From Asterionella formosa (taxonomy: Eukaryota), in contig NKIB01013494.1 of the NCBI GenBank assembly GCA_002256025.1, forward strand, positions 1-56,527: DNA of 56,527 nt. The letters are read 5' to 3'. Below, in pieces: positions 11,852 through 24,362 of the stretch (the first letter of the stretch is position 1; the number at the start of each line of letters is the position of its first letter). The position numbers and the translations under genes were made by a program. The notes below the pieces were generated by a model that was not told where the DNA came from, made no database searches, and saw only the letters and a program-made list of their open reading frames with translations.

Positions 11852-13120
11852 TCATGTAGTTCTTCTTTCTTCTGTCTTGTTGATGTACTCCTTTGGCATG
11901 GGTGTATTTTGGGCAAAGTAATCATGTAATGATCTTTGACCCGTTTTTGCAAACTCTTTCGATTTTGCCAACATGTAGGTTGTCCTCTCTAAGAATTTTT
12001 CTTCTTGTTCAGCCTCGAAGTAAGCATTATTTTTATGTCTGTTGCAAATAAGTGGGAGTCCTGGGTACATATCTCCCCCTCTGGGCATGATAAATTCAAA
12101 TTATTTTGGCATATTTTTCTGAATGTGCAACAGCAATTTTTTCCTTGTGCAAAAACTCCCTACGCTCGCGTTACAAGAGACCATGTTTGGTTGGTGGACA
12201 GTTTTGATCATTGCCGAAATCCTTCTGGAGTAAGGAATTGGTTATCCTTGGAGCTATGGACAGCATTGACCCAGTTTTTGTTTAAGTACCCATGCAGCAT
12301 TAGCTTGACTCCTAGCCGGCCGGTCTTGAAGACTGTTGGCCTTCCTGAGAATAGATTTAGTCCTTTCCGTGGTGTAGGGGGCGAAGAAGAGCTGAAATGG
12401 TTGACCCAAGGTATTGATCATGATATGGGAAAGATAGTCTAGCCAAATTGGAGAGATATTCTCCTCCACAATGGATGTATTCATTTTTGAGCGCATTTAG
12501 TAAGGTCCATATTTCTGGTGTATTCTGTTTTCCTGTGTTTGCAAAGAATCAAATGCTCATTTGTCCCTTTCAAGAAGTAATGAGGGCATGAGAAGTATCC
12601 ATTATGACTCAACTTTCTACGGTCGCCAGTTGGGAGTCATCCATGAATATATTTGGTGACTATGATCCTATTTTTTGTGGTTGTGCAGAGAATCCTTTCC
12701 AATCGATAGTTGGCAGTGTGCCTCTCTTAAGTTGTGTTTGGCTCTGAAATAGACTTGATACCTTGTTTCCTGGATATGCTCCCTCATTGCCTGACCAGTG
12801 GATCTGTGGATCCTGGATCCATTCACCAATAGGCTTGCATACATCCATGGAAAGTGCTCAGACACGCCTCGTGGCCCTCCTGTCGAGATATTCTTACACT
12901 GTTTCAGAAATTTCGAAGCCAGCTGGTCAGCAAAACAAATTCTAGCAGCGATTTCAAGTTTTTGTTTGTCAATATTAATGCAAAGAATAATTTTATTGCA
13001 CGATTACTTCGTCTATGTTAGGCTAGATATCCTTGCGAAATAGGAATGGTTCATTAACAATTTCATGGAGATATTGAGGAGCATGATCAGTTCATCATGG
13101 TCAAGACAGAGATGATGAAT
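11852..13120 (-). mobile_element. Non-LTR retrotransposon 3' remnant (RNase H tail plus C-terminal Cys/His region), Ambal-like by inference
   Basis: Minus-strand fragments ADQLASKF (RNase H C-terminal helix), KYIHG*LPTGDRR...SCPH...TNEHLILC, LMLHGYLNKNW and C-terminal QRSLHDYF. Many stops and frameshifts. Confidence 0.65.
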
Positions 13121-13477
13121 CATTGAACCCCTTTTGTGGGAGCAAAAAATCCCCAAAATTTTATGTCAAGTTTTTTGAAATCTCTAGTCAATATTACCAA
13201 TCCTAAGTTTCACTTGCAGCAAAGTGCATCACCGCTGCTGTGAAACCCGGTGGATTAAATCTGCAAATAGACATCAAGCGAATCTACGCAGAGTTCAAAA
13301 GCTGTTTACCTTCTTAGTGAATTCTAGTTCTTAAAATATCTTTTCTAGCAATTCAACAAAAATGAACAGAAATGAGAAATGGGGGAGATAGAAATTGTGT
13401 CACAGCACCTTTGCTAGCTGATAAATGACTTAAAACTTCATAAATATTGTTCTTTTTCACATATCATGGAAAAATCC

Positions 13478-14509
13478 TCAGTTTGTAGACAATGATTTCA
13501 GAATGATATCATACATGTAAAAGGTGACTGAATGATTCAAGGCGGCCCTCAACATTTTGGGAGTAAGTCCATCAAAAAAGGCACTAACTCCACCTTGCCT
13601 ATAAAGTTGTGCTGCCACACTCCATGATGATACAGTGGACCCTCCTTCTGTATTTTGCACCAATGTCTTGACAACATCAATGGGATACACAGGAATCCAA
13701 CTTGCCATACCTGACAGGGCCCCATTGACCAGTGGTGCTGCATGTCCCAGCCATACTGCCATAGCCGTTTGACTCAACAATCCATACACAACAAAATAAA
13801 TCCCATATGAGGGCACTTCACGTGCCATTGTTGGACCCAACCCCCGTCCCAATAGCCCTCGGATGCCTTCCTTGGTCAATACAGCGTTAGCGCAGTCCAA
13901 TTCATTGGTATACAAGTCCGAGGCTTGCATCATAACCTTGATACGTTCCATGGGAGTTACAAGAAAACTCGTTAAGAATCCAGCATAAAACGCTGCCAGT
14001 ATCAATGGGATGATCGGATTAGCCCAAAACACATGCATGTCATTCAACGTTTGGAACATAAAGGCATTTGCTCCAAAGGCTGCCGCTTTAATAATGGCCT
14101 GGCCTGCCATCATGCCGCGGACACCCCCAAAGAATCCACGGATGCCGTCGGTTTCGTAAATAAGTTTCGTGATTTGGATCATGTTCATGGACGCCGTATC
14201 AGAATGATTTTTGGACGCTTGTTGTCCAATCACCTGGGCTTTGGTTTTAAGTGTATCGAGAGGAAAGGCGACGCCTACTCCAATCGCTCCAGCAATACTA
14301 CCAGCGAGTACGGAATGGATAGCAGGTGAGAGGAACAGTGCTGTTGCCCCGCCTCGTGGAATGGTAGCAAGCATGGAAACGCCAACTGTCGAGCACGATT
14401 CAGTTGGACCACGTTTATTGATAGGAGATCCAAGGGCAGAGGCGGTAATATTCCGTGATAGTAACCATACGGTGCACAGCTTGTTTCCTAACCTTATCAT
14501 GGTCCACAT
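13478..14509 (-). CDS. Mitochondrial carrier (SLC25) family protein, carnitine/basic-amino-acid-carrier-like, with N-terminal extension
   Basis: Three Px[DE]xx[KR] signatures (PLDTLKTK, PMERIKV, PIDVVKT), plus GLGPTMAREVPSYGIYF and GLTPKMLRA. Uninterrupted 343-aa ORF. Confidence 0.93.
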   Translation of the reverse strand: MWTMIRLGNKLCTVWLLSRNITASALGSPINKRGPTESCSTVGVSMLATIPRGGATALFLSPAIHSVLAGSIAGAIGVGVAFPLDTLKTKAQVIGQQASKNHSDTASMNMIQITKLIYETDGIRGFFGGVRGMMAGQAIIKAAAFGANAFMFQTLNDMHVFWANPIIPLILAAFYAGFLTSFLVTPMERIKVMMQASDLYTNELDCANAVLTKEGIRGLLGRGLGPTMAREVPSYGIYFVVYGLLSQTAMAVWLGHAAPLVNGALSGMASWIPVYPIDVVKTLVQNTEGGSTVSSWSVAAQLYRQGGVSAFFDGLTPKMLRAALNHSVTFYMYDIILKSLSTN

Positions 14510-15169
14510 CGTTCGCTGCCTCGTTCACAGAAACACTCTGCTCTGTCGACGACAAATAAAACAACAATGTGAGCATAAACGGAATTAGAGTATAGTATTA
14601 CACTTTAGATAAGGTTGTCCCAGGGGTTGCGGTATCTGGTAAACACCAGTTCGGCCCTCAGGATGATACTGGTATCTGGTACCTCGTACACTGGTACCTA
14701 CCGATGATGTACGTACGTGGTACCGGGTACATCGTACACAGGAAAAGCAGGGAGGCTAATAATGTCCCTGTCACCCTTCGTAGTCGTATAAATGATAAAT
14801 ATGACAGTCCCGTATGTTAAAAAAAAAGAGTTTTCATTTCAGTATTACAGGTAACCAATGGGACTCCAGCACCAGGGTACCAAGTACGTCACTCAACCAT
14901 CCCTCATATTCCAGCAAGGGAAGTAACCTGGTACCAGGTAGTCTACAGAAAAATGTGGAACATATATGGTTGTCAAGAATATAGCATCAATGGCTATAAT
15001 GAGTCACAAGGACTGTGGACTCAACTATAGTCCAATGAGTCAAATGGTGCGTTCCCATGTCAAGAAGCTTGCTAACGAGATTGATGTCTTAGATCAATCA
15101 GAAGAAGGTTTACATCAACGAAAAGGGAACACGAAGAACAGGTTCTCGAAGTGTGATGAATGGGATTGA

Positions 15170-15365
15170 AACTTAGTTTTAGTTTAAGCTTATAATTAAG
15201 AAACAGTGAGAATTGACAGAGTAAGGTCAATAGCGAAAACTAACACAAAGGCTAGCAGCAGAAAGAAGATAACAATACTAGTGTATAGCAGGTAAGTTCT
15301 ATGTAAAAGGAACCCATCAGACAGGAAGGAGTACGAGACCTTTCAACATATGGTTTCTGTATGGT
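15170..15365. repeat. Dispersed repeat, inverted relative of 10595-10810
   Basis: Matches the reverse complement of 10595-10810 in several blocks. Confidence 0.65.
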
Positions 15366-15369
15366 AAAT

Positions 15370-15494
15370 CTGTGGTGGATTTCGTCCACATTTTTCCTAA
15401 TGGCCAGTTCTGTCGGCTGTGGTTTTTGCTTGCTTCCGCCATTCAGTTTTTCGGCTCCTGTTTTCCGGAAAAACGTGGATGATTTTCACCACAG
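15370..15494. repeat. Small imperfect inverted repeat (MITE-like or hairpin)
   Basis: 28-bp arms CTGTGGTGGATTTCGTCCACATTTTTCC (15370-15397) and GGAAAAACGTGGATGATTTTCACCACAG (15467-15494), with a few mismatches. Confidence 0.6.
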
Positions 15495-16276
15495 AAATGT
15501 GTAGAAAGTGCGATCAATTTTGTACCTTTGTAGGCCTACATAAATAATAGATTCACTATGAATGTCTAGTAGCGGTTACTCCTGCTGCTTAACCAGGGCA
15601 GAAAAATTGGGAGTTTTGTCTCCCCAAAAATTGTACTACCAAGAAAAGAGGACTCTTGTACAAACCGCTTGTTTGTTTGATCCTGTGAATCATTTGTTGT
15701 TGTAATCAATAAAGTTTGATTTGTTTATCCTATACCTTTGATCATAACATATTGATCATATGATAAATGGTGTCATTGATGAGAAAATGAAAGATCAAAA
15801 TTTATTTTCAGGAATTAGAATAAATTGATCTTAAAAATATGATCAACTGATCCTAAACACATGATATTCAGTTTTCAGCTGCACTATTGTGGTACTCCCA
15901 TAATAGAAGTAATACCCGACAAGTATACAGTTCTAGGTCATATGAATATGTCTTTATTCGGAAATGTATGATTTCGACCATTTGAAAAATTGGTGATGAC
16001 TCTCGTTTATTAAGGGGCTAAATTAAACCAGCCACTGACTTGTAGGCACAAGAATTGACACAAAACAAATTGAAAATTTTTATCAGGTCATGGAAAACTA
16101 TGAACGCATCATGCATTGCATATATTTGAACTATAAATAATCAAAATTGATGATAGTATACACAGGATGTGCCAAATAATGAGCGTTTTTGAACTATGCA
16201 AATGTTCAACTATACATACAGTTAAACTTACAAATCTTTATAGATGTATACTTGGCCGAAACATTTGAAATCATGT

Positions 16277-16590
16277 TTTCATGTTCCTTGTCATGTATAC
16301 ACTTTGCTCCTGATATGAAGGATCATCACACATGATGACGTGGTAAACGAAAGTGATAATACAACAAATGATACTTGCGACCGGCTTAGAAGGAGTGACT
16401 ACGGAGAAGGGCGGAATCAATTGATGGTAAGTCAAGGGCAAATGACTTTCATGTTCCTTGTCATGCATACACTTCCTGAAATAAGGATCTAAAGCAACAC
16501 ATGATGCGAAAAACTGAAGTGACAATACAACACGATGATACACCATGCGGGTAAGAAGGAGTGAATATGATGGAGAAGGGCGGAATCAAC
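16277..16590. repeat. Diverged tandem duplication, ~170-bp period
   Basis: tttcatgttccttgtcatg...ggagaagggcggaatcaa occurs at ~16277-16420 and ~16447-16590. Confidence 0.8.
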
Positions 16591-17975
16591 AAGCTGTGCA
16601 TGGTTTCACATCAAGAGCAAAAGCCAAGATGATCAATTGTTTGTTGTGATTACAAATACGGAATGACTCGTCCCCTTTGAGTGATTCAATAGATCCTTTT
16701 CGATTTGGTGGCTGGCCAACCATCAATGTGGACAAAAGAAATCGGGAAGTGCTACCATCTTTGGATCAATCCACAACTGTTGGAAAAACTGACATATTTG
16801 TGTTGCTTCTTTCAGGATAGTTGTAAATGAACAGTATTTGTAAGTTACAAGCAGCAGCGCTGGAGCCTATTTATTGATCGATACTTGCTTATTCAATCTT
16901 CAACTGACACATTATTTTACACAAATATGCATCAGTTACTTCCTCAAGTGAAGATAGAAAAGAAATGCATGTTGTTGCGTAAGGAAAACATGAACAGCTA
17001 ACAATCATGAATTGCTTCTCTTTGTTAGTATGGCTGATTGGAACAACGAAACGGATTCAATAATTATAGGAAAATGCGTGAATGCAAACTCAGATCCATC
17101 AGGAGTAAAGGGAACAAAGCAGGGGAACAAAATTGGATTAGGTGGAAGATGGACGTGAAAGTACCAATCATTGCGATGAGAGAATTGTAGAACATTCTGT
17201 AGCCACTTAAGATATAGAATCATAGAACCGTTCTTAGCTAAATATAGTTCTAAATTTCGATCCATTTCATCCTATTTTGAACAGTGATTTCGATGAGAAT
17301 TACGATCATGTTAAGATAGATTTTGACAAAAGTATACACATCATACGCCCATGTTTAACTAATTATATGATGCAATGGTATATTGAGTATATTTTGTGTT
17401 TTATTTGTCATCGTCAACCAGACCTACAAGCTACCTCCCTTTCTTCCACTGCTTCTTCCTCTCCATCACCTCCTCCCCCTCCTGATATACTTTGCATTTG
17501 TTGCATAGAATGAGGAAATGATTGATATTTGACCGATCATTTGCAAACCCCAAAATAAATTATCTCACACCATTCGATTGAGCACTGCTCTACATCCATT
17601 GCTGCTTTCCCTAATGCCAGCCACTTGCTAGAGATATCACTGTAGACTATTTGAAGTAGCTCGGAAATGCCTCTCATTTTCGACTGACTATGGTAAAATT
17701 CGATGAACAACTATATAAATCAGATCAACCAAAGTTTCTCATTTTTTGCTGTGCTAACTAAATTTTATTTCATAGAATAATCATCGTAGAAGAAATGTAG
17801 CCACTCCAAAAAGAAGATAGCTTTTGTTGCAGCTTTTATTTTCAACTGACTACAATGACATGATCATAAGATGAATGCTAGTAATACATGCAACAGCTAC
17901 TTCAACATATACAATTTTGCAAATTCGGTCAATCTACTATAACTACCATAACACCTGGTGTCTCGTATCCCCCAT

Positions 17976-18350
17976 GCAAGTTGCAGTAACTTTTCTGAAC
18001 TGAGGATTTAGCTCTCTTTATCCCATTTCGAATTGTTTATTTAAGGAACATGACCGCATCAGGTTGTTGTACCAGCAAGTTGCGGTCATTTTCCTGAAAC
18101 GGACAAGAACGTGTTACAGGACAGCAACACATTTTATTATAGATGACATATAAAGAACATTTTCTATTCTTGGCAGGAATCAATGCAATAAATAGCGGAA
18201 TTCTTGTAATTGTAAAAACGAGAACACACATCATATCCATGTCTTTCAGGAAAGCATTATGACTTTCAGGAAATTCCTATGAATTTCAGGAAACTTAAGG
18301 AAACGTAAGGAAATGTCAGGAAATGCATGGAATTTTCTGAAATTTTTTTC
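17976..18350 (+). mobile_element. Copy of the GCAAGTTGC-terminated TIR/MITE family (left part)
   Basis: Starts GCAAGTTGCAGTAAC...GATTTAGCTCTCTTTATCC. Contains an ATGACCGCA...TGCGGTCAT hairpin and AGGAAA subrepeats. Homologous to 47179-47693 and 52883-53130. Confidence 0.75.
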
Positions 18351-19569
18351 TGGCCAAAGTGAAAATTCTGAAGTCTCCAAAATTAGGCTTTTATGGCCGA
18401 AGGGAAAAAACGCATTTCCTTTGTTCTGGATTTATCGCACCAGGTACTTAACAGTAATAGTTAGGAAAAAACCTGAATCTTCTCCTGGTCCAGCCTTGTA
18501 TTTTGGGTGACATGAGTCACATGCCTAATGACAATTTCTTCACAGGCAAGCCAGCGCTTGATCGGCTTTTCAAGTGCCTTGAGCGACACATTTTCGTTCC
18601 CAGGTTACCTCTTAAGCTCAACACTGAGCATCCTGGTGGTGCAGGCCCTATCCTGAAGCCGCAACTGATCGAACAGAGCCTTCAATCCTTCAAAGTTGCT
18701 CAGCAGCGTGCACCTTTTGGAGATGCCTCTGAATCAAACCTTGTTCTTCCTGCAGGGGAATCTCCGCCACCTCCGCCGGAACCACAACTATTGCACAATC
18801 CAGCACCATATACTTCCAGCTCCAGATCTGCTTTGGCTGATCCAAATATGCTCTGGCGGTTGCCTTGTTATTGTTGGTTTGCTATATGCTTCCGCAAAAT
18901 TATTTTTCTTCTGCTTGATGCAGAGAAATTTTCTCGTTGTCATGCTGATGATTGCGTAGAAAAAGATTTGGTTGGCTGACCTCAATTTTAATCACGATCA
19001 GAGCTGTAGAACCTACACAATTTATTACATCGTAGAATAAGGTACAAATTGTACACACTCTAGAAATTGAACGCAGTAAACGAACAAGATAACACCTTCG
19101 TGGTAATATGCATCATGCTACTATTGTGGTTGTTGTCGCTATTGCTGTTGTTTCTGCTGTTGTTACTGCTGTTATTACTCTTGTTCTTATGTATGAACGA
19201 TATCAACAAATGACTTGGAATGGTTGTGTCAAAACTGCAAGAATCCTTCTGGAGAAAAAAGGAAAAGCTACGGAACGACAATGCAGTCTAAAATGTGCAA
19301 TTCAAACAGAAAAGAAAACGGAACGAAAAAATACATGCAGTATGATCTGAAACTGTGCAGCAAGAAACGCAAGAAAAGAAATCAGGTAAGAGTTATGAGA
19401 ACCGGAGGTCGCAACTAGAATCCGGAATTCAATGGCGCAATGCAAACATTGCGGCCAGAATAATCATCAGCGAAAAAGCAACGCACTCTGCCCTTGTTCT
19501 TTCAAGGCAAAGTGCATTATAGTAGTACTGGTACAAAGATGTTAGCGGATATAGTACTGGCAAACACCT

Positions 19570-20276
19570 AGAAAATATTACATGTGTATCCAGTGTATTC
19601 ATTGTGGCCAGTGTGGGTTTACAAGATCATGCAAACCGGGCCAATCAAGCAAACAGAGGTAAGTAATTCGCAATGACCAATCAGTACATATATAGTACTT
19701 TGCGCACTTACAATAGAATTCTTGGTACAGGAAATTCTACAACTAAATATTGCCTCACAAGACTCTGAATCAGATGATGACGTTTCGGCACTAAGTGATT
19801 CTGATTCCGATATTTTGGAGACCGTGGAAAAGGCCGATTTTGTCGAGTTTGGGATGACAATAGCTCAAAGTTGGCTGGGTCTGAAGGCAATTTAGATACA
19901 TAGGTAAACTTCAAATAGAATCAGTTTATAACTTCTGGCGAGAAACTGCAGAAAGGAACTTCCGCTTTTTTACTATGCCAAATAAAGTGATTTCCCCTGA
20001 AATTTCTAGTCTTATAGCAAAGCTAAAAAAACCGAAGTTCCTTTCTGCAGTTTCTCGCCAGATCCTATATCCTGACAATATATACCGTTGACCTATACCC
20101 CTACTTTGAACAATAACTGTATCTATGGAAAGGGTGTGTATTGGTGAAAGCTCTGCTTAGCGATACACATTTATGTTTTACTCATAAGAAGTGTATGTTT
20201 GACTCCCGGTACCAGTACTCTGACTCAATATTTTTTAAACCCCTAACTCTAATCTAGGGTTGAAAAGCAGGAACCT
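19570..20276 (+). mobile_element. Partial, diverged copy of the 20562-21613 non-autonomous TIR element (right part and right TIR)
   Basis: Colinear similarity to ~20947-21613. Ends TAGGGTTGAAAAGCAGGAACCT. Has the same internal inverted repeat. Confidence 0.8.
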
Positions 20277-20561
20277 GAAATCAAATCAACTACCGGTACA
20301 TACCGTTAAGATATTATTGAGATTTATGGCGCATCTTCACAGCAGGCGCCAGTATTGCCCTGGAATGACCAGTCAGCCAAGATCTAACTTGCACCGCTCG
20401 TTTTGGATTTTATTTTGCTGTATAGCTAAATGCTACTGTCTACCGGTATTTCCGCTTAGACATTGCTTCCTCTGGCTACATCTAGTCATCGGACACCTGT
20501 CGACATCAACAGCCTAACAGACACATTCTGACAAGGGAGTAAATTCTTCTGGCACAAATTA

Positions 20562-21613
20562 AGGTTCCTGCATTTCAACCCTTAGGCAAAAATTAAATTA
20601 TTGCTTAGGGTTGCCGAAATTCCCTGGAACTAATAATTTTTATGAGCTATTTTTAAATGACATGATTGGATTTGAAATATTCAAATCATTGGAAATTTGC
20701 GCATACGTGCATAAATTCCTTTTCGATTTTGGTAAATATACCGTATAGATATAGATTGTACATCTATATATCCATACCAGAATACGCTCTATACACCAAT
20801 GGACGGTTTATGTGTCATACAACCCTGGCAGCTTGGCAAATATTTGAAGTTCACTCTAGGAGTGGTATGCGTGCGTCAAATGATAATCATCTACCATTAT
20901 GGATAGTGGATATGGTCACAGGTACCAGGGTACCGGCAATCACCCAAGAAATTTTTAAATGTGTATCAAGGGTGGCCGGTGTGGGTTTGCAAGACCTCGC
21001 AAACTGGGCCAATCAAATATTGGTAAGTAATTGAAATTGACCAATCAAAATATTTGTAGTGAAACAGGCACATACAATGGACTAAATATTTTTGCACAAG
21101 ACTACCATTCTGATGATGACGTTTTGGCGATTAGTGATTCTGATTCCGACATTTTGGTGTCTGTTGAAAAGGCCGATATTGTCGAATTTTTGGACGACAA
21201 AATAGCTCAACATTGGCTGGGTTTGAAGAAGAGTTAAGTACATAGGTAATCTACATATAGCCCCAGAAGTTAACTTTCGGCGAGAAACTGCAGAAAGGAA
21301 CTTCGGTTTTTTCATTAGGCCAAATAGACGAGTTGGCCCAGTAAAATCCACTATTTTCAGCATAGTTAAAAAACCGAAGTTCCTTTCTGCAGTTTCTGGC
21401 CAGATCCTATGTCCTGACGATTTATAGAGTGGACCTACACCCCTACTTTGTCCGAAGACTGTATTTAAGCATATGGAAAGGGTGTGTATCGGTGAAAGCT
21501 CCGAGTAGCGATATACATATTTAATTTCAACTTGAAAAGTATCTGTTTGACTAGTCTGACTCAATATTATTTTTTAACCCTACCTCTAAGATAGGGTTGA
21601 AATGCAGGAACCT
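20562..21613 (+). mobile_element. Non-autonomous TIR DNA transposon (~1.05 kb)
   Basis: Perfect 21-bp TIR AGGTTCCTGCATTTCAACCCT (20562-20582) / AGGGTTGAAATGCAGGAACCT (21593-21613). Flanked by TA on both sides (or TAA/TTA if the TIR starts at GG). No coding capacity. Confidence 0.85.
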
Positions 21614-21823
21614 TACCGGTAATTAAAATTTGGGTTTCAGGGCGGCGTGCACAATACCACATGTTTACAATTGTACAATGATACGACACAACAGTCCTCG
21701 TCAAACTCACTCACTCACTCGATACATGATTACCGTAATGCAGTTCAGATCAAAAATAAGTTCAACTACCAAAAGTCACAACGCACGGACTCATCAATCA
21801 ATCCCCCTGTAATACTTGCTACC

Positions 21824-22957
21824 ATGGAATTGTTGCTGAAACGAACCAAGACGAAGAAACAGCAAACCCGACGAATCAGCGTTTATACGCTGTTTGTCCT
21901 TCTGCTAGTGGGTTGTCGTTTAGTATGGATTGCTTTCGTGCATATATTCCGATCTCATTATAATGGCAGAAAAATACAGCAACAACAAGTACTCATTACC
22001 GACAACAACACCAAGCACATCTCACTGACGAAGAAAGACTCCATACTCCGCGCAGCTATGGTAGAACATGAAACCAACAAGCAAATAAAACGAGGAATAA
22101 TATTAGGTGTTCAGGGGCACCCACGTCAACAACAACGTCACAGTACCACCCACTACACCGAGCCTCATGTCATTCCCAATATTCTCATCTTTACACACTC
22201 CACCAACCTCCTTCTACCCAACAGCAATCTCACCGGCCAAGATGCAGCACTGTACACAAATGTGCAGCGGACCATTCAGTTTCATCCCAATGCATCTGTC
22301 CGATTTCTGACTGATGAAGATTGCCTTGCATCTCTTCAAAATGTCATGGGGATCGACTCGCCAATGTTGCAATACTTTAGAAAAGAACCTCTAGGGATGT
22401 TCAAGGCCGATATTTGTCGAGGTGCGGCCTTGTATGAATCGGGGGGATTATACTTTGATGTGGACGTTCAAGCACGGATGTCCATGTGGGATGTTATAGA
22501 GCCATCGACACAATTTTGTGTCCCACTGGTCCATGTGGCTTCCAAGTATCCTGGAAACTACTTTCAAGCATTCATTGCCATCACACCTCGAAATCCGATT
22601 ATGAAACGATACTTGGAATTATTTCTACAACACTATGAAGGTAGTTTGGTCCAAGCAGGTCCCTTGGGTGTTATTTTATTGAAATTGGCTCATGATCAAG
22701 TTCTGCAGGAGCAGGATAATATCAACACCAACACTACCACGCTGTGGCAAGAAGTCTTGTATCGATCTCAGCTATTTCCCAACGTCCCCCCTCCCAATTG
22801 GGGAACACGACGGGCCTGTAGATTTGTTGTGGTGGCCAATAAAAAACGACCCTTTGTAGTTCCATTATATTCTCGTACCAAAGGATCAAGAATGTGTGGT
22901 GGCGTTGACTCAACCTTGTCAATTGCACATCATCCTGGGAACAATAAATTACCATAG
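21824..22957 (+). CDS. DxD-motif glycosyltransferase (GT32/OCH1-like sugar-binding domain), type II membrane protein
   Basis: First ATG at 21824, basic N-tail, TM helix (VYTLFVLLLVGCRLVWIAFVHIF). Then IPNILIFTH, FKADICRGAALYESGGLYFDVDV and FQAFIAITPRNPIM. Confidence 0.88.
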   Translation: MELLLKRTKTKKQQTRRISVYTLFVLLLVGCRLVWIAFVHIFRSHYNGRKIQQQQVLITDNNTKHISLTKKDSILRAAMVEHETNKQIKRGIILGVQGHPRQQQRHSTTHYTEPHVIPNILIFTHSTNLLLPNSNLTGQDAALYTNVQRTIQFHPNASVRFLTDEDCLASLQNVMGIDSPMLQYFRKEPLGMFKADICRGAALYESGGLYFDVDVQARMSMWDVIEPSTQFCVPLVHVASKYPGNYFQAFIAITPRNPIMKRYLELFLQHYEGSLVQAGPLGVILLKLAHDQVLQEQDNINTNTTTLWQEVLYRSQLFPNVPPPNWGTRRACRFVVVANKKRPFVVPLYSRTKGSRMCGGVDSTLSIAHHPGNNKLP

Positions 22958-22998
22958 TTATTACTAGTTACTTGACTACTATGTTAAAATTAGTCATA

Positions 22999-23796
22999 TT
23001 ACACAAACCTCCCAATGCCCAATCCAAGCACAAACCCCCACTTCGTGGGACCTGGACAGATATCCAAACGAATATGGTTCGATGGATCTTTTGCGGCAAC
23101 GCGGACTCTCGTTCGTACCGATACAAAAGTCTCGTCGATCCATTGCGGTGTTACGAACCGCGTTCTGGTAGCTGCTTCTTCTTTTTTATAATAATGTCCA
23201 TACAGTTCACTAAGCAGATAGACAGTAACACTCACTGCAGCCATGTTCCATGCATAATGCAACACCATACCACCCATCATCATGCCTGTTGCGAATTGAT
23301 ATTTCAAAGAATAAGTGGATAATTTCTCCAACGGTCGGTTCCATCCTTGACGGTGAACGTCCCACCATGTTAAAACACGATCCTTCCATACATTTACCGG
23401 ACTATCTAACAACCCTAATCGATCAACTCCTTCAGAAAACGCAAGAGCTAGGATTGCCAATGTTGCGATTCGTTTGGGAAGCATCAATGGGAGCATGGCC
23501 ACTTGAGTCATATAATTCTGTTGTTGCTGCGGAATCATGTTGATATTGTTGTTGTTGCTGTTCCACATTACATATCGTTGGATTGGCATTCTTGTAGTAG
23601 TGTGGTTCGTCATCGGCTGACGCTGGAAGCGACCACTGTTGATGTTAACATGACGACTTGAGTGAGTTGGATAAAATGCTGTCACAACAACTGTATTACT
23701 GGTTGGAAAAATCCCAAAACAAGTCATTGCCAGTATAAGGCGTTGTAATAATGAAGAAAATGATGGTACCCGATTCGTCATGATGGCTCCCATCAT
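22999..23796 (-). CDS. Uncharacterised membrane protein, probably plastid-targeted; C-terminus loosely FUN14-like
   Basis: Signal-peptide-like stretch, then VTAF-YP (ASAFAP-type cleavage motif) and a Ser/Thr/Arg-rich transit-like region. Gly-rich hydrophobic segments FATGMMMGG... and GFVLGLGIG. Convergent with the glycosyltransferase (41-bp gap). Confidence 0.7.
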   Translation of the reverse strand: MMGAIMTNRVPSFSSLLQRLILAMTCFGIFPTSNTVVVTAFYPTHSSRHVNINSGRFQRQPMTNHTTTRMPIQRYVMWNSNNNNINMIPQQQQNYMTQVAMLPLMLPKRIATLAILALAFSEGVDRLGLLDSPVNVWKDRVLTWWDVHRQGWNRPLEKLSTYSLKYQFATGMMMGGMVLHYAWNMAAVSVTVYLLSELYGHYYKKEEAATRTRFVTPQWIDETFVSVRTRVRVAAKDPSNHIRLDICPGPTKWGFVLGLGIGRFV

Positions 23797-24362
23797 TTCA
23801 AGTCTGTGAATACGATAAGGTTGCAACAACGATCAATGCCCGGTGTACGACTATAATCTAGTAAACATGATAAATGAAAGAAGGACGACACAGAAAGTAG
23901 GCATCATCATGTAGGTTACCGGTACTCGGTTTTATACGCCGGCATTATTATGGCTCTAGACAACGACCTATAAAAAGATATATTGACCGGTTGAAAAAAA
24001 ATATATAAACAAACATGATCATTGTTGCTGGGAGTTCCGGGAAAGTCCGAATATTGCGAATATTTGTCCGAAGGTGCAGACCGGGTACAGTATACACCGG
24101 TAATCAAACGATATAACTGTACATAAAATAAATACAGTATATAGGAGTATTCATACCCGAAGTTAATTTTATTTTATGATATTGTGTACATGTATTATGC
24201 CTTGTATCGGCGGTACCAGGTACCAGGTACCTGGTACCTAAGTGGATACAGACGTAGTGCGAAGGGTTTCAACAAGAATATGGAAACGACAGGTTCCTGC
24301 AACCTGGTACCGGTATACATCAAAAATATGTGTAGATTGACTACCGGTACAAGTATTTGTTA

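Noticed and set aside
15500..17760. AT-rich region with short ORF fragments
   Set aside because: Probably decayed TE sequence, but I could not identify a motif or terminus to classify it.
18503..19418. ORFs of 65-158 aa, one with a hydrophobic VVAIAVVSAVVTAVI stretch
   Set aside because: No recognisable domain. The hydrophobic run comes from a low-complexity (GTT/GCT) repeat in TE-rich sequence, so it is not supportable as a gene.
21647..21823. Upstream extension of the glycosyltransferase ORF
   Set aside because: Starts at a non-ATG codon. ATG 21824 gives a normal type II membrane topology.
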